From contig DIRJ01000052.1 of the NCBI GenBank assembly GCA_002427505.1, forward strand, positions 3,230-67,229: 64,000 bases of DNA, in the 5' to 3' direction. Origin of the DNA: Mageeibacillus sp. UBA5439 (GTDB lineage: Bacteria; Bacillota; Clostridia; Saccharofermentanales; DTU023). Shown piece by piece: positions 19,105 through 29,321 of this stretch. Below the pieces are notes generated by a model. It worked only from the letters and a program-made list of their open reading frames with translations. It searched no databases and was not told where the DNA came from. How positions within the stretch are numbered: position 1 is the first letter of the stretch; each line of letters opens with the position of its first letter. Position numbers and translations under genes: made by a program.

Positions 19105-19111
19105 ATGAGTA

Positions 19112-20563
19112 CTAAACTCTGTCATGGCGCATGTTTTCATAGAAGGCGCGATAGCCGCGATATGTTTCATAAACATCGACCTTGCTGGAAACTTCAAAGC
19201 AGGAATGCATGGAAAGCAAAGGTACTCCACAGTCGATAACTTCCAGACCCAGTTCAGCCTGGTAAACTGCGACGGTTCCGCCGCCGCCCTGATCGACCTT
19301 ACCCATCTCACCGGTCTGCCAGCGAACATCATTGTCTTCCAGCAGACGGACCACTTCATCAAAATACTCTGCAGAGGCATCAGAGGTTCCGCCTTTGCCC
19401 CGGGCACCCGTATACTTGTTAAGAGCCATGCCACGACCGGTATAACAGCTGTTTTGCGGTTCAGATACGGACGCAAAGGTCGGATCAAAAGCGTTAGTCA
19501 CGTCAGAAGAGAGCATGGTGCTGTTTACTATATTCTGTGAGAGCTCCAGCGCAGTTGGCTCACGGTCCAGCATCAGACGTACAATCTGCTGCTGATAATA
19601 GGGATAAAGGGAGGATGAAGCACCGGTATTGCCGCCGGAGCCGATTTCTTCCTTATCGTACATAAGCAAGAGGGCCGTGCGTCTGGGAACCTCTTCAAGA
19701 TCAGTCAGGGCACGTAATGAAGTGTAGGCACAGACTCTGTCATCCTGTCCGTAGGCCCCGAGGAAGGAACGATCCAGCCCTACATCTCTGGCTTTAACTG
19801 CCGGTACGATTTCAAGCTCAGCTGTGAGAAACTCACGTTCAGTAACACCGTAATTTTCAAAAAGAAGATTGAGGACGGCCAGTTTGACGCGATTTTTTGC
19901 GTCTTCATCAGGATAGGGCAAACCTCCGATTAAGACATTGAGCTCCTCCCCTTCCACTACAGTGGCAGCATTCTTTTTCATTTGATCGGCAGCCAGATGC
20001 GGCAGGAGGTCACTAATGTACAGTACCGGATCAGAGTCATCTTCACCGATAGAAACTTCAACCTTTTCGCCGCCCTTCTTGATCATGACGCCGTGCAGTG
20101 CCAGGGGCTGGGCGACCCAGTGGTACTTCTTAATACCGCCGTAATAGTGAGTTTTCATCAGGGCCAAATCAGATGCTTCATACAAAGGATTCGGCTTTAA
20201 ATCCAGGCGCGGAGAATCAACGTGTGAGCCGATGAGATTGAAACCCTGCAAAGGATCGTTCTCGCCGATGACAGCCGCTAATAAACCTTTGCCGTGTACC
20301 AACTGGTAGACGCGGTCTCCGCTTTTCAGTTCGGAATATGAATCCAGTAACTTAAAAGCATGGGCTTCTAAGTAAGCGCTGGCAAAGTTAACGAATTCCC
20401 GCTCTGTCTTTCCTGAATCGAGAGCAAGCTTATAGTCTTCAGCAAAAGTATAGATTGCGTCCAGCTCATCCTGATCGTCGGGCTTCCAGGCTGTTTTGAA
20501 TTCAAAGGTCAATTTCTCCTCTAATTCTTTCACAGCAGACTTCTTATCTTCATGATTGTCCAT
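19112..20563 (-). CDS. M18-family aminopeptidase
   Basis: GSHVDSPRLDLKPNP and downstream metal-ligand regions typical of M18 aminopeptidases. RBS AGAGGGGG. Confidence 0.85.
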   Translation of the reverse strand: MDNHEDKKSAVKELEEKLTFEFKTAWKPDDQDELDAIYTFAEDYKLALDSGKTEREFVNFASAYLEAHAFKLLDSYSELKSGDRVYQLVHGKGLLAAVIGENDPLQGFNLIGSHVDSPRLDLKPNPLYEASDLALMKTHYYGGIKKYHWVAQPLALHGVMIKKGGEKVEVSIGEDDSDPVLYISDLLPHLAADQMKKNAATVVEGEELNVLIGGLPYPDEDAKNRVKLAVLNLLFENYGVTEREFLTAELEIVPAVKARDVGLDRSFLGAYGQDDRVCAYTSLRALTDLEEVPRRTALLLMYDKEEIGSGGNTGASSSLYPYYQQQIVRLMLDREPTALELSQNIVNSTMLSSDVTNAFDPTFASVSEPQNSCYTGRGMALNKYTGARGKGGTSDASAEYFDEVVRLLEDNDVRWQTGEMGKVDQGGGGTVAVYQAELGLEVIDCGVPLLSMHSCFEVSSKVDVYETYRGYRAFYENMRHDRV

Positions 20564-20618
20564 GTTTTTCCCCCTCTTTTACAAAAATTAATAAATGTAA
20601 TTATACAAGATCTAAGAG

Positions 20619-20649
20619 TAAAATAAAGCAGAGTCCGGACAGACTCTGC
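20619..20649 (-). terminator. Intrinsic terminator after nifS-nifU
   Basis: Minus strand GCAGAGTC-TGTCCG-GACTCTGC followed by TTTATTTTA, 42 nt after the nifU stop. Confidence 0.8.
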
Positions 20650-20690
20650 CATATTCATAAACTGCCTCAGCTGGCAATCTGTGTTTCAAT

Positions 20691-21134
20691 TTATTCGTGC
20701 AGGCAGCATCCATGCTCATCTTCATTAAGAACTTTGAATTTTTCAGATAATTCAGGAGTCATCCTGCCCTCGGCTTCGTAATAACTTTGCAGTGCCTTTT
20801 TAATAGCCTGTTCTGCCAGTACCGAACAGTGCATCTTAACTGCAGGCAGTCCGTCCAGAGCTTCAGCAACAGCTTTATTGCTTAGATCCAGAGCTTCAGC
20901 AATATTCTTGCCGATTATTAATTCGGTGGCCATACTGCTGGTTGCAATTGCCGAACCGCAACCGAAAGTCTTGAACTTGGCATCAGTTATAATGTCGTCT
21001 TCTATCTTCAAATCAATCTTCATGATGTCACCACAAACAGGATTACCCACCGTACCTGTGGCAGTCGCATCAGGGAGTTCACCCATGTTGCGAGGGTTCA
21101 TGAAATGGTCCATTACTTTTTCGCTATATTCCAT
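20691..21134 (-). CDS. nifU: Fe-S cluster assembly scaffold NifU/IscU
   Basis: GNPVCGDIM...FKTFGCGSAIATSS...MHCS, the three conserved Cys of the IscU fold. Confidence 0.93.
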   Translation of the reverse strand: MEYSEKVMDHFMNPRNMGELPDATATGTVGNPVCGDIMKIDLKIEDDIITDAKFKTFGCGSAIATSSMATELIIGKNIAEALDLSNKAVAEALDGLPAVKMHCSVLAEQAIKKALQSYYEAEGRMTPELSEKFKVLNEDEHGCCLHE

Positions 21135-22383
21135 AGCCGCCCTCTCTTACTAGTCTGTTTCCACCTTCAAAAGGAATCAGAGCTTTAATTTTGTCATTCT
21201 TATAGTCATCATATAAAGGTGACATGTCCCGCAAACGCTGAATAACTTTTGGTAAATCCTGAAGGAAGCGGTCGACATCAGCGTCTGTATTCTCTCTGCC
21301 CAAAGTAATTCTTAAGGAGCCGTGAGCAACCTCATGCGGCAGCCCGATGGCAAGCAAGACATGGGAAGGATCCAGCGAGGCCGAGGTACAGGCTGATCCA
21401 CTGGAGCAGGCATAACCAAAGGCATCCAGCAAGAGCAGGATGGACTCACCTTCAATAAACTCAAAGCTGAAATTAACATTGTTGGGCAAACGCTTGCTCG
21501 GATGGCCATTCAGCTTGGCATGAGCAACAACTTTAGGTATTTCGTTAATCAGACGATCACGCAATCTGATTTGCCGCTCTGCTTCCTCTGCCATGTCGGA
21601 ATATGCCAGTTCAACAGCTTTGGCCAAAGCCACTATTGCGGGTACATTTTCCGTGCCTCCCCTTTGCTTCCGCTCCTGTGCCCCGCCGTCAACAAAGGGA
21701 ACTATACGGGCCCCCCTACGTTTGTAAAGGATGCCGATGCCTTTGGGACCATACAGTTTATGGCCGGAAAAAGACATCAGATCGACGCCCAGATCGTTTG
21801 GCCGCAGCGGAACAGCACCCAGTGCCTGCACACCATCACTGTGGAACAAAACCTTATGTTCCTGACAGATAGCGGCCAGCTCTTTTATAGGCTGAATAGT
21901 ACCTATTTCGTTATTTGCATACATAATAGAGACCAGGCTTGTATCCGGACGGATAGCAGCACGCAGATCTTCCGGATTTACTAAACCGTCCGCATCTACG
22001 TCTAAATACGTAACTTCATAACCTTCTTTTTCCAAAGTTTCCATACTGTGTAAAACAGCATGATGCTCAATTCTGGAGGTTATCAGATGTCTGCCTTTTT
22101 TCTGATGCATCCTGGCGGCACCTTTAATGGCCCAGTTATCGGCTTCTGTACCACCGGAGGTAAAAAATATCTCTTCCGCCCTGACGCCAAGTATCTCCGC
22201 GATTTTTGCCCGGGCTTGCTGCATGGCGTGCTCTGCCCTATTGCCTTCCTTGTAAAAAGAGGAGGGATTGCCATAATTATTTTCCAGGGCATCCATAAGG
22301 ACAGCCATAACTTCCGGATGGATTGCTGTTGTGGCTGCATGGTCAAAGTATATTCTCTTGTTCCCTTCTGCAGGCTTAATCAT
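21124..22383 (-). CDS. nifS: Cysteine desulfurase NifS
   Basis: PLP-Lys motif SFSGHKLYGPKGIG. Active-site Cys SSGSACTS. Start set at ATG 22383, 6 nt after AAGGAG. 11-nt overlap with nifU. Confidence 0.93.
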   Translation of the reverse strand: MIKPAEGNKRIYFDHAATTAIHPEVMAVLMDALENNYGNPSSFYKEGNRAEHAMQQARAKIAEILGVRAEEIFFTSGGTEADNWAIKGAARMHQKKGRHLITSRIEHHAVLHSMETLEKEGYEVTYLDVDADGLVNPEDLRAAIRPDTSLVSIMYANNEIGTIQPIKELAAICQEHKVLFHSDGVQALGAVPLRPNDLGVDLMSFSGHKLYGPKGIGILYKRRGARIVPFVDGGAQERKQRGGTENVPAIVALAKAVELAYSDMAEEAERQIRLRDRLINEIPKVVAHAKLNGHPSKRLPNNVNFSFEFIEGESILLLLDAFGYACSSGSACTSASLDPSHVLLAIGLPHEVAHGSLRITLGRENTDADVDRFLQDLPKVIQRLRDMSPLYDDYKNDKIKALIPFEGGNRLVREGGYGI

Positions 22384-23737
22384 TATCTGCTCCTTCTGTA
22401 CGCTTCTTACTTTGTTCTGCTTTACGAAGTTTTTCAACTTCTGCCATCCACTTGCTTACCGTTTGTTCGTGACCACGACTAGATGGCAGATAGTATTGTA
22501 CTCCTCTAAGTTTCTCGGGAAGGAACTCTTGTGACGAAATTGCCTCAGGCCAGTCATGACTATACTCGTAACCCAGAGAGTAGCCCAGATCCTTCATGCC
22601 CGCCACCGGGGCATTTCGCAGATAGAAGGGAATTTCTCCGATATCTTTATTAGCAGCATCAGCCATGGCCTGATTAATAGCCAGATAACTGGCATTGGAT
22701 TTGGGGCTGGTGGCAATCAGGATTACAGCTTGAGACAGTATTATCTGTGCTTCCGGCATGCCAACCATCTGGGCGGCCTGCCAGGCAGAAACGACAATAG
22801 ACAGGACCTGGGGATTGGCCATGCCCACTTCCTCCGATGCTGCTATGGCCAAGCGACGTCCGATAAAGTTAATATCTTCTCCCCCGCGCAAGGCCCGGGC
22901 CAGATAATGAACAGCAGCCTGAGGATCACTGCCGCGCATAGACTTAATCATGGCTGAAACAGTGTCGTAATGAGCTTCGCCGGTAGAATCATAAAGAGCG
23001 GTTTTTTCCTGCATTGAATCCATCGCGGCTTCAAGGTCAATTTCAATCACTCCTTCTGCATCCGGCTTAGTGGTCAGCGCTGCCAGTTCAAGCCCGTTTA
23101 AGGCTACCCTGGCGTCTCCCCCTGCTCTTTGGGCGAAGAAGTCCAGCGCTTCAGTTGTTACATTCAATAACAGGCTGCCCAGTCCCCTCTCCTTGTCTTT
23201 CAGGGCCCGCTCCAGGAGTGTATAAATATCATCGCTGTCCAGCGGGTATAGCTGAAAGACGGTTGAACGTGAGATCAGAGCCTTATTAACTTGAAAATAG
23301 GGATTTTCAGTAGTAGCACCGATCAGAATGATGCTGCCGTCCTCAACGGATGGTAATAAGGCATCCTGCTGTGCTTTGTTGAAACGATGAATTTCATCGA
23401 TGAACAGTACAGTACGGCCGCTGGGATTGAGTAAAGAATTGCCGGTATCAGCAATAACGCGCTTGATATCAGCTACTCCGGAGGTAACGGCGTTCAATTG
23501 GCTGAAAGGTGCTTCAGTGCTATTCGCGATAACACGGGCGATGGAGGTTTTCCCTGTACCGGGCGGGCCAAATAAAATGATTGAAGACAAACGGTCGGCC
23601 TGAATCATACGCCACAAGAGTTTGCCTTCAGAAAGGATATGACGCTGTCCGACAAAGTCGGACAGCGTCATAGGTGCCATGCGATAAGCTAGCGGAGAGC
23701 GCCTATCGTAATTAGTTTCACTATTTGAGGTCGGCAT
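22376..23737 (-). CDS. rarA: Replication-associated recombination protein A (RarA/MgsA AAA+ ATPase)
   Basis: [21 protein letters not shown], then Walker [10 protein letters not shown] and Walker [11 protein letters not shown]. Start is uncertain (GTG 23755 or ATG 23737, no clear RBS) and overlaps the glyA 3' end. Confidence 0.9.
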   Translation of the reverse strand: MPTSNSETNYDRRSPLAYRMAPMTLSDFVGQRHILSEGKLLWRMIQADRLSSIILFGPPGTGKTSIARVIANSTEAPFSQLNAVTSGVADIKRVIADTGNSLLNPSGRTVLFIDEIHRFNKAQQDALLPSVEDGSIILIGATTENPYFQVNKALISRSTVFQLYPLDSDDIYTLLERALKDKERGLGSLLLNVTTEALDFFAQRAGGDARVALNGLELAALTTKPDAEGVIEIDLEAAMDSMQEKTALYDSTGEAHYDTVSAMIKSMRGSDPQAAVHYLARALRGGEDINFIGRRLAIAASEEVGMANPQVLSIVVSAWQAAQMVGMPEAQIILSQAVILIATSPKSNASYLAINQAMADAANKDIGEIPFYLRNAPVAGMKDLGYSLGYEYSHDWPEAISSQEFLPEKLRGVQYYLPSSRGHEQTVSKWMAEVEKLRKAEQSKKRTEGADND

Positions 23738-24965
23738 AGAGCGGGAATTTCTCACACAGGTCCGCTACTTCTTTGAGGATTCTGTCCTTGCTCTCATCAT
23801 ATTTGAAGATAGCAAGAGAAATCAGTTCACCCAACAGCTCCATTTCAGCAACTCCGAAGCCACGGGTTGTCAGTGCAGGTGTACCGACACGAAGACCACT
23901 GGTAATTGTTGCTTTCTCAGTTTCGTAGGGAACAGTGTTCTTATTGGTTGTGATATTAACTTCGTCCAGTCTTTCCTGCAAAATCTTACCATTGCAGCCT
24001 GTACCGCGCAGATCGATCAAAAGCAGATGCGTATCTGTACCGCCGGAAACGAGGTTTACACCATGCTTGTTGAGTGATTCAGCCAATGCTTGTGCATTCT
24101 TTAAAATATTTTGCTGATAGACCTTAAATGAAGGCTGCAGAGCTTCCTGAAAAGCGACTGCCTTAGCAGCTATAATGTGCATGAGAGGACCGCCCTGCAG
24201 GCCAGGGAAAACGGCTGAGTTAATCTTCTTACCGTATTCTTCTTTGGCAAGAATGATTCCGCCACGAGGTCCGCGTAATGTTTTATGGGTTGTGGAGGTA
24301 ACAAAGTCAGCGTAAGGAACCGGGTTCTCGTGCAGACCGGCTGCAATCAAACCGGCGATATGGGCCATGTCAACCATCAGGTATGCTCCGACTTCGTCAG
24401 CGATTTCGCGGAATTTTTTGAAATCGATTTTACGAGGATAAGCACTGCCTCCGGCAATAATCATCTTGGGTTTTACTTCTAGAGCACGCTCCAGAACGGC
24501 GTCGTAGTTAATTTGCTCGGTTTCGCGGTCAACTTTATAGCCTTCAGCATGGAAATATTTACCTGAGTAGTTAATTTTCATGCCATGGGTCAGATGCCCG
24601 CCGTGATCAAGGTCTAGGCCGAGAATAGTGTCACCTGGTTGCAACATAGCGAAATAAACTGCAGTGTTGGCGTTGGCACCTGAGTGGGGCTGCACATTGG
24701 CAAACTCAGCGCCAAAAAGCTCTTTGACACGATCGATAGCCAAAGTTTCAGCAACATCGACAAACTCACAGCCACCGTAATAACGGCGTCCGGGGTAGCC
24801 TTCTGCGTATTTGTTTGTTAATACTGATCCGGCGGCTTCCATAACGGCCTGACTGACAAAGTTTTCGGATGCGATCATCTCTAGCTTGTTTTGCTGGCGG
24901 TTCAGTTCGCCCATAAGAGAGTCATAAAGTTTAGGATCTGTTTCCTTGACGTGTTGATACAACAT
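23721..24965 (-). CDS. glyA: Serine hydroxymethyltransferase
   Basis: PLP-Lys motif [14 protein letters not shown]. Start at [11 protein letters not shown] after GGAGG. Confidence 0.97.
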   Translation of the reverse strand: MLYQHVKETDPKLYDSLMGELNRQQNKLEMIASENFVSQAVMEAAGSVLTNKYAEGYPGRRYYGGCEFVDVAETLAIDRVKELFGAEFANVQPHSGANANTAVYFAMLQPGDTILGLDLDHGGHLTHGMKINYSGKYFHAEGYKVDRETEQINYDAVLERALEVKPKMIIAGGSAYPRKIDFKKFREIADEVGAYLMVDMAHIAGLIAAGLHENPVPYADFVTSTTHKTLRGPRGGIILAKEEYGKKINSAVFPGLQGGPLMHIIAAKAVAFQEALQPSFKVYQQNILKNAQALAESLNKHGVNLVSGGTDTHLLLIDLRGTGCNGKILQERLDEVNITTNKNTVPYETEKATITSGLRVGTPALTTRGFGVAEMELLGELISLAIFKYDESKDRILKEVADLCEKFPLYADLK

Positions 24966-25074
24966 AATACCTCCAATATTGTTAAAAGTTGAATTATACC
25001 GCAATAATTCTATCACATTTAGGATGAAATTCTTGCGAAAAAGCTGTAATCTAGGAGCTTTCAAGAGATTTTAA

Positions 25075-26280
25075 TTAATTTGTATAAGCTTTTATTGGAT
25101 ATGTGTCTATTTTGTCTAATACACTGTTTGCAAGGGTCTCCAGATCCAGCTTTTCTTCTGCAATTGCGACATCAAGAAGAGAGGGATGAGTCTTGGGATG
25201 CTTGGACACAAAAACTGTGCAACAGTCTTCATAAGGTAAAATGGATGTCTCGTATGTGCCGATACGACGTGCTATCTCAATGGTTTCATTTTTATCAATA
25301 CCAATCAGGGGGCGGAACACCGGCATAGTTGTGACAGCATCTGTCGCAACTATGGCTTCCATAGTCTGACTGGCAACCTGACCCAGGCTTTCTCCGCTGA
25401 TCAGACATTCAGCCTTTTGCCTGCGGGCAAGCTTTTCAGAGACTAACAGCATCAGGCGGCGCATGACCACGGTCAGCATATTTTCGGGACAGGCATCAAC
25501 AAGAGCCAGCTGGGCTTCGGTGAAATCCACCAGATGAAATTTAATAGTCCCGGCATAGCGGGCAATAATGCGCGTCAGATCCTCGACTTTTTTTAGAGCA
25601 TTCGGGCCGGTATAAGGGAAAGTATGAAAATAGACAGCATCAAGCTGCATGCCACGCGAAGCCATCATATACCCGGCAACCGGGCTGTCAATACCGCCGG
25701 ATAAGAGCAAAATTCCTTTGCCGCTCATACCGGTCGGAAGTCCTGACAGACCGGAAATAGTGCGATGATAGAGATAGATACTTTCCCGGATTTCAACCTG
25801 TACAAGCAAATCAGGATTGTGAACGTCAACAGTTAATCTTTCCGGAAAGGCTTCCAGAAGCATCTCTCCCAGGCCGGCACTGATGTCATAAGAGCGCAAG
25901 GGGAATTTTTTATTAACCCGGCGTGTCTCCAGCTTGAAAGTGTAAGACTTATTGTTTTCAGCCAGTATGTCACTGACATAGGCCAGACACGCAGCCTGCA
26001 GGTCGGCATAATCAAGAGGAAGCTCTTGTACCGGCGATACGGAGACAATACCGAAAACATCTGTTACCCGGTCAATAACTTCATTCATGTCAATGTCTTC
26101 TGAAAGGGCGCGCACCCAGATTCGTGAAGAATGTTCATGAATCTCAAAAGCTCCCAATTCATTGATACGATAGCGAATATTGCGTATTAACTGGCGCACG
26201 AAACTGCCCCGGTTTAAACCCTTAAGAGCAATTTCGCCGATCCTGGCCAGCAGCAGCTTTGTTTGATTTGAGTCTGACAT
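25075..26280 (-). CDS. thiI: tRNA 4-thiouridine(8) synthase ThiI
   Basis: THUMP N-terminal half. PP-loop LLSGGIDSPVA. Confidence 0.93.
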   Translation of the reverse strand: MSDSNQTKLLLARIGEIALKGLNRGSFVRQLIRNIRYRINELGAFEIHEHSSRIWVRALSEDIDMNEVIDRVTDVFGIVSVSPVQELPLDYADLQAACLAYVSDILAENNKSYTFKLETRRVNKKFPLRSYDISAGLGEMLLEAFPERLTVDVHNPDLLVQVEIRESIYLYHRTISGLSGLPTGMSGKGILLLSGGIDSPVAGYMMASRGMQLDAVYFHTFPYTGPNALKKVEDLTRIIARYAGTIKFHLVDFTEAQLALVDACPENMLTVVMRRLMLLVSEKLARRQKAECLISGESLGQVASQTMEAIVATDAVTTMPVFRPLIGIDKNETIEIARRIGTYETSILPYEDCCTVFVSKHPKTHPSLLDVAIAEEKLDLETLANSVLDKIDTYPIKAYTN

Positions 26281-26285
26281 ATCTG

Positions 26286-27437
26286 CTAAGGCCTGGCATA
26301 TTCCTGATAAATAAGACCAATCGTCTGTGCCAGAAGGTCTATATCTTTACTTGTGTGAATGACGTTGAAACTGAAGCGGACACTGTTGGCTATGGTTTCT
26401 TTATCGTAGCCCATTGCCTCCAGTACCTTGTTCTTGCCCACCTGTTCAGTATGACAGGCAGAACCGGTTGAAATAGCTATTTCCCGTGCTGACAAAGCGT
26501 TTTGCAAGGTTTCTCCGCGCAAACCCGGGAATGAAACTGACAGCACCAGGGCCAGACCGTCATCAGGTGAAAGTACCTGATGCGGGATTTTAAACTGCTT
26601 CAACAAGTCCAGGAAGCGTTCCCTGAGGTCAGCTACTCTTTCGTAACTTGCAGCTATCTTATCGTTAGAAAGCTCAACGGCTTGAGCTAAAGCATAAAAA
26701 AGAGGAGCGTCTTCTGTGCCGGAACGACGGCCATTTTGCTGACCGCCGCCATGAATCAGTGGTTCAAACAACTTTTTGTCTTTTACCAGCAGCAAACCGC
26801 AGGATTTGGGAGCACCTATCTTATGGCCGGCTATGGAGGCAAAATCGAGATCAGATTTTCTAAATGAAAAGGGAAGTTTGCCAATAAGCTGAACTACATC
26901 GCTGTGAATCAGGGTTCTGGGATTGGCATTACGGGTAATTTCAACAATACTTCTCAAATCATTAATCGCACCGGTCTCGTTACTGACATAAATAAAGCTG
27001 GCCAGACTATATTCGGTCTCTTCAACAGCTGCCTGCCAGTCATCAAGCTTAAGCTCACCTGTCTTTTCTAAACCGATCCATTTGGTCTCAAAACCACAAT
27101 AACGTTCAAGAAACAAAGCTGTTTGCCTGGTAGCCTCATGCTCACCTAAAGTTGTGATTAATCGTCTGGGTGCATTCTCGGATAAGTGATAAGCGCTGCC
27201 CTTTAAAGCAGTATTTATAGATTCCGTTCCGCCGGAAGTAAAAATAATCTCAGACTCTTGACAATCCAAAGTTGCTGCTATCTTTTGCCGTGCCTGTTCG
27301 ATCAACTCATGGCTTTCCCGGCCGAAAAGATGAGATGAAGCAGGATTTGCATAACATTTACGAGTATTTATGATGTAATCATCAAGAACATGTTGCTTGA
27401 TAGGTGCGCTTGCAGTGTAATCAAAATACTTACTCAC
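26286..27437 (-). CDS. Cysteine desulfurase (class V aminotransferase, ThiI partner, NifZ/IscS-like)
   Basis: PLP-Lys motif AGHKIGAPK. Active-site Cys STGSACHT. GTG start 6 nt after AAGAGG. Lies 5 nt upstream of thiI. Confidence 0.88.
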   Translation of the reverse strand: MSKYFDYTASAPIKQHVLDDYIINTRKCYANPASSHLFGRESHELIEQARQKIAATLDCQESEIIFTSGGTESINTALKGSAYHLSENAPRRLITTLGEHEATRQTALFLERYCGFETKWIGLEKTGELKLDDWQAAVEETEYSLASFIYVSNETGAINDLRSIVEITRNANPRTLIHSDVVQLIGKLPFSFRKSDLDFASIAGHKIGAPKSCGLLLVKDKKLFEPLIHGGGQQNGRRSGTEDAPLFYALAQAVELSNDKIAASYERVADLRERFLDLLKQFKIPHQVLSPDDGLALVLSVSFPGLRGETLQNALSAREIAISTGSACHTEQVGKNKVLEAMGYDKETIANSVRFSFNVIHTSKDIDLLAQTIGLIYQEYARP

Positions 27438-27459
27438 ATTTAACCTCTTTTAAAAATAT

Positions 27460-28185
27460 TCAATTGATCTCTAAGCTTAGCATATCTGTGCGCAAAGCCG
27501 TACGCAAAAATTCACAGGCATTGCCGTTTCTGCCGAAAAGAGGACCCTCTGCTGCTAAAACAATATTGCGGCGGGGTATTTCCAGCATCTGAGCTTCATT
27601 ATTTCGGGCAGGTCGTGCCGAGAGAGTGATGCTTCCTTTAACAGGCAGATAGGCATACTTATTGGATTTAATATCCAGCATGCGCTTGCCGGAGGAAATA
27701 GCCTGACCCATATCAGGGAAAATCTGCACCGGAATTGTAGAAGTACACCAGCCATGAACAATATTATCATAGACAATCGGCCATTGGGCTAACCAGTATC
27801 CGGGATGCCTTTTCTCACTGAAACCGAAAATCTCATCCAACTCCGGATTAGCTTCAATCAGATTGATAGGATGCAAACCAATGTCTTCGTAAGATGTAAG
27901 ATTTAAAAAACTGAATGTCAATGAGTTGAAATGAGGAATGCGCAAGCGCTCAGGCTGCTTTGCAACAAAAGTTCCCCGTCCTTTCTGGATCTCCAGAATA
28001 CCGTCTGAAACTAATTCTGAAATAGCTTGCCGCACCGTGGGGCGCGATAAATCAAGCTCCTCGCATAATTGCATCTCTGAAGGGATGCGTTCGCCCTGCT
28101 TATAACTGTTGTCTTGAATGCGTTCAACGATTAACTCACGCAACTGCGCGTATAGTGGAATACTACTATGCTTATCAAGTTTCAT
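27460..28185 (-). CDS. GntR-family transcriptional regulator, HutC/UTRA subfamily
   Basis: N-terminal wHTH LYAQLRELIVERI...IPSEMQLCEELDLSRPTVRQAISELVSDGIL. C-terminal half is UTRA-sized. Confidence 0.88.
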   Translation of the reverse strand: MKLDKHSSIPLYAQLRELIVERIQDNSYKQGERIPSEMQLCEELDLSRPTVRQAISELVSDGILEIQKGRGTFVAKQPERLRIPHFNSLTFSFLNLTSYEDIGLHPINLIEANPELDEIFGFSEKRHPGYWLAQWPIVYDNIVHGWCTSTIPVQIFPDMGQAISSGKRMLDIKSNKYAYLPVKGSITLSARPARNNEAQMLEIPRRNIVLAAEGPLFGRNGNACEFLRTALRTDMLSLEIN

Positions 28186-28316
28186 GGGTTCGCCTCCTCA
28201 AGCTGGTCCTTACATCTTATCATAGACACCGGATAATGCAATTAGAAGGAAATAGAAAAGCTGTAATAACATGATAACCCATGCCGGCCGGCGGCGACAA
28301 ATGCAGACTTAACCGG

Positions 28317-29321
28317 TTAGATAACGGGAAGCAACTGCATGTTCTCTACCCTGCCTGCGGAGTTCAGCTCACAGGCTGCATAGAGTATCTCAATCGGTAA
28401 ATCGTCCAGACCATGCTTAGCAGCAAAAGCTGTGGCACTGTTTCTGATCCGTAAAACTTGTCTGGACGACAGTGCATTGACAGCACCTCCGAAGGCATCC
28501 GAATTGCTTCTTCCCTTGACTTCAATAACGTAAAGAATTTTATTTTTAACAGCAATCAGATCAAGCTCGCCCAGATCAGCAACTTTAACTCGCCGTCCCA
28601 ATATCTGATAGCCATTCCCGATCAGATAAGAGGCGACATAGGTTTCTGTCTCCTCACCCGGGCGCCAGGAACGGTATTTACTGATTGAAAAATTTTTCAA
28701 AAAACTGCGGCGATGCAAAGGACAGGCACCGTATTCCCGGAGTGCCCGGATATGTTCGGCTGTACCATAACCTTTGTTGCTGGAAAAAGAATACTCGGGA
28801 TAAAGTTCATCATATTTACACATGAGACGGTCACGGCTGACTTTAGCCAAAACAGAGGCAGCTGCAATCACATTACATTCAGCATCACCATGGATTCTTG
28901 CCAATACCGGATAGGGAAAACCTTGGAGGCTGACGGCATCAACCAGAGCGAGATCGGCTTCTGTATCTAATCCCTGCAAGGCTTTGGTCATGGCGAGGCG
29001 GCTTGCTTGCAGAATATTGATTTTGTCAATGTCAGGAGCGGAAACAGAAGCAATGTGCCAGCTGACAGCATGCTCTACGATCTGCTCGTAGAGGGCTTCG
29101 CGCCTTCTTTCGGTCATCTTTTTTGAATCATTGAGACCGGGAAACTTTCTGTCAGCAGGCAGGATACAGGCTGCAGCGAAAACAGGTCCGGCCAGCGGTC
29201 CACGGCCCACTTCATCAACACCGGCGATCAGACGATAACCCTGCTCTCTGTAAGCAGACTCAATTTTTGACATCCGTTCGTAACGTTCCCGATCCTTGTC
29301 ACTGATTCGTATTTTTATCAT
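28317..29321 (-). CDS. rnhB: Ribonuclease HII fused in frame to a YraN/UPF0102-family endonuclease-like domain
   Basis: aa 1-212 are RNase HII (GVDEVGRGPLAGPV, NDSKK, DAV, SNKGYG...H). aa 222-334 are UPF0102 (GEETETYVASYLIGNGYQILGRR...GELDLIAV...YVIEVKGR). One uninterrupted ORF. Confidence 0.9.
   Translation of the reverse strand: MIKIRISDKDRERYERMSKIESAYREQGYRLIAGVDEVGRGPLAGPVFAAACILPADRKFPGLNDSKKMTERRREALYEQIVEHAVSWHIASVSAPDIDKINILQASRLAMTKALQGLDTEADLALVDAVSLQGFPYPVLARIHGDAECNVIAAASVLAKVSRDRLMCKYDELYPEYSFSSNKGYGTAEHIRALREYGACPLHRRSFLKNFSISKYRSWRPGEETETYVASYLIGNGYQILGRRVKVADLGELDLIAVKNKILYVIEVKGRSNSDAFGGAVNALSSRQVLRIRNSATAFAAKHGLDDLPIEILYAACELNSAGRVENMQLLPVI

Noticed and set aside
15909-20563. 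The Xer-family integrase as a marker of an integrated mobile element carrying the oxidoreductase and aminopeptidase genes.
   Set aside because: I found no flanking direct repeats and no adjacent tRNA target. There are no phage, plasmid, transposase or conjugation genes, and the neighbours are ordinary metabolic genes. The catalytic-domain sequence looks XerC/D-like rather than phage-integrase-like.
24966-25074. Riboswitch (ZTP/pfl or T-box) in the 109-nt glyA leader.
   Set aside because: The leader is AT-rich. It lacks the conserved GC-rich pfl core (such as CCGCCTGGGC) and any T-box or specifier-loop elements. Only an RBS and weak promoter-like hexamers are visible.
28205-28230. Imperfect inverted repeat GGTCCTTACATCTTATCATAGACACC upstream of the GntR gene as a HutC-type operator.
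   Set aside because: Only 5 of 8 arm positions are symmetric. It resembles GGT-N-TA...TA-N-ACC motifs only loosely, and without comparative data this is too weak to call.
28283-28292. GC-rich palindrome GCCGGCCGGC downstream of rnhB::yraN as a terminator.
   Set aside because: It is self-complementary with no loop and has no following T-tract, so it cannot form a stable terminator hairpin.
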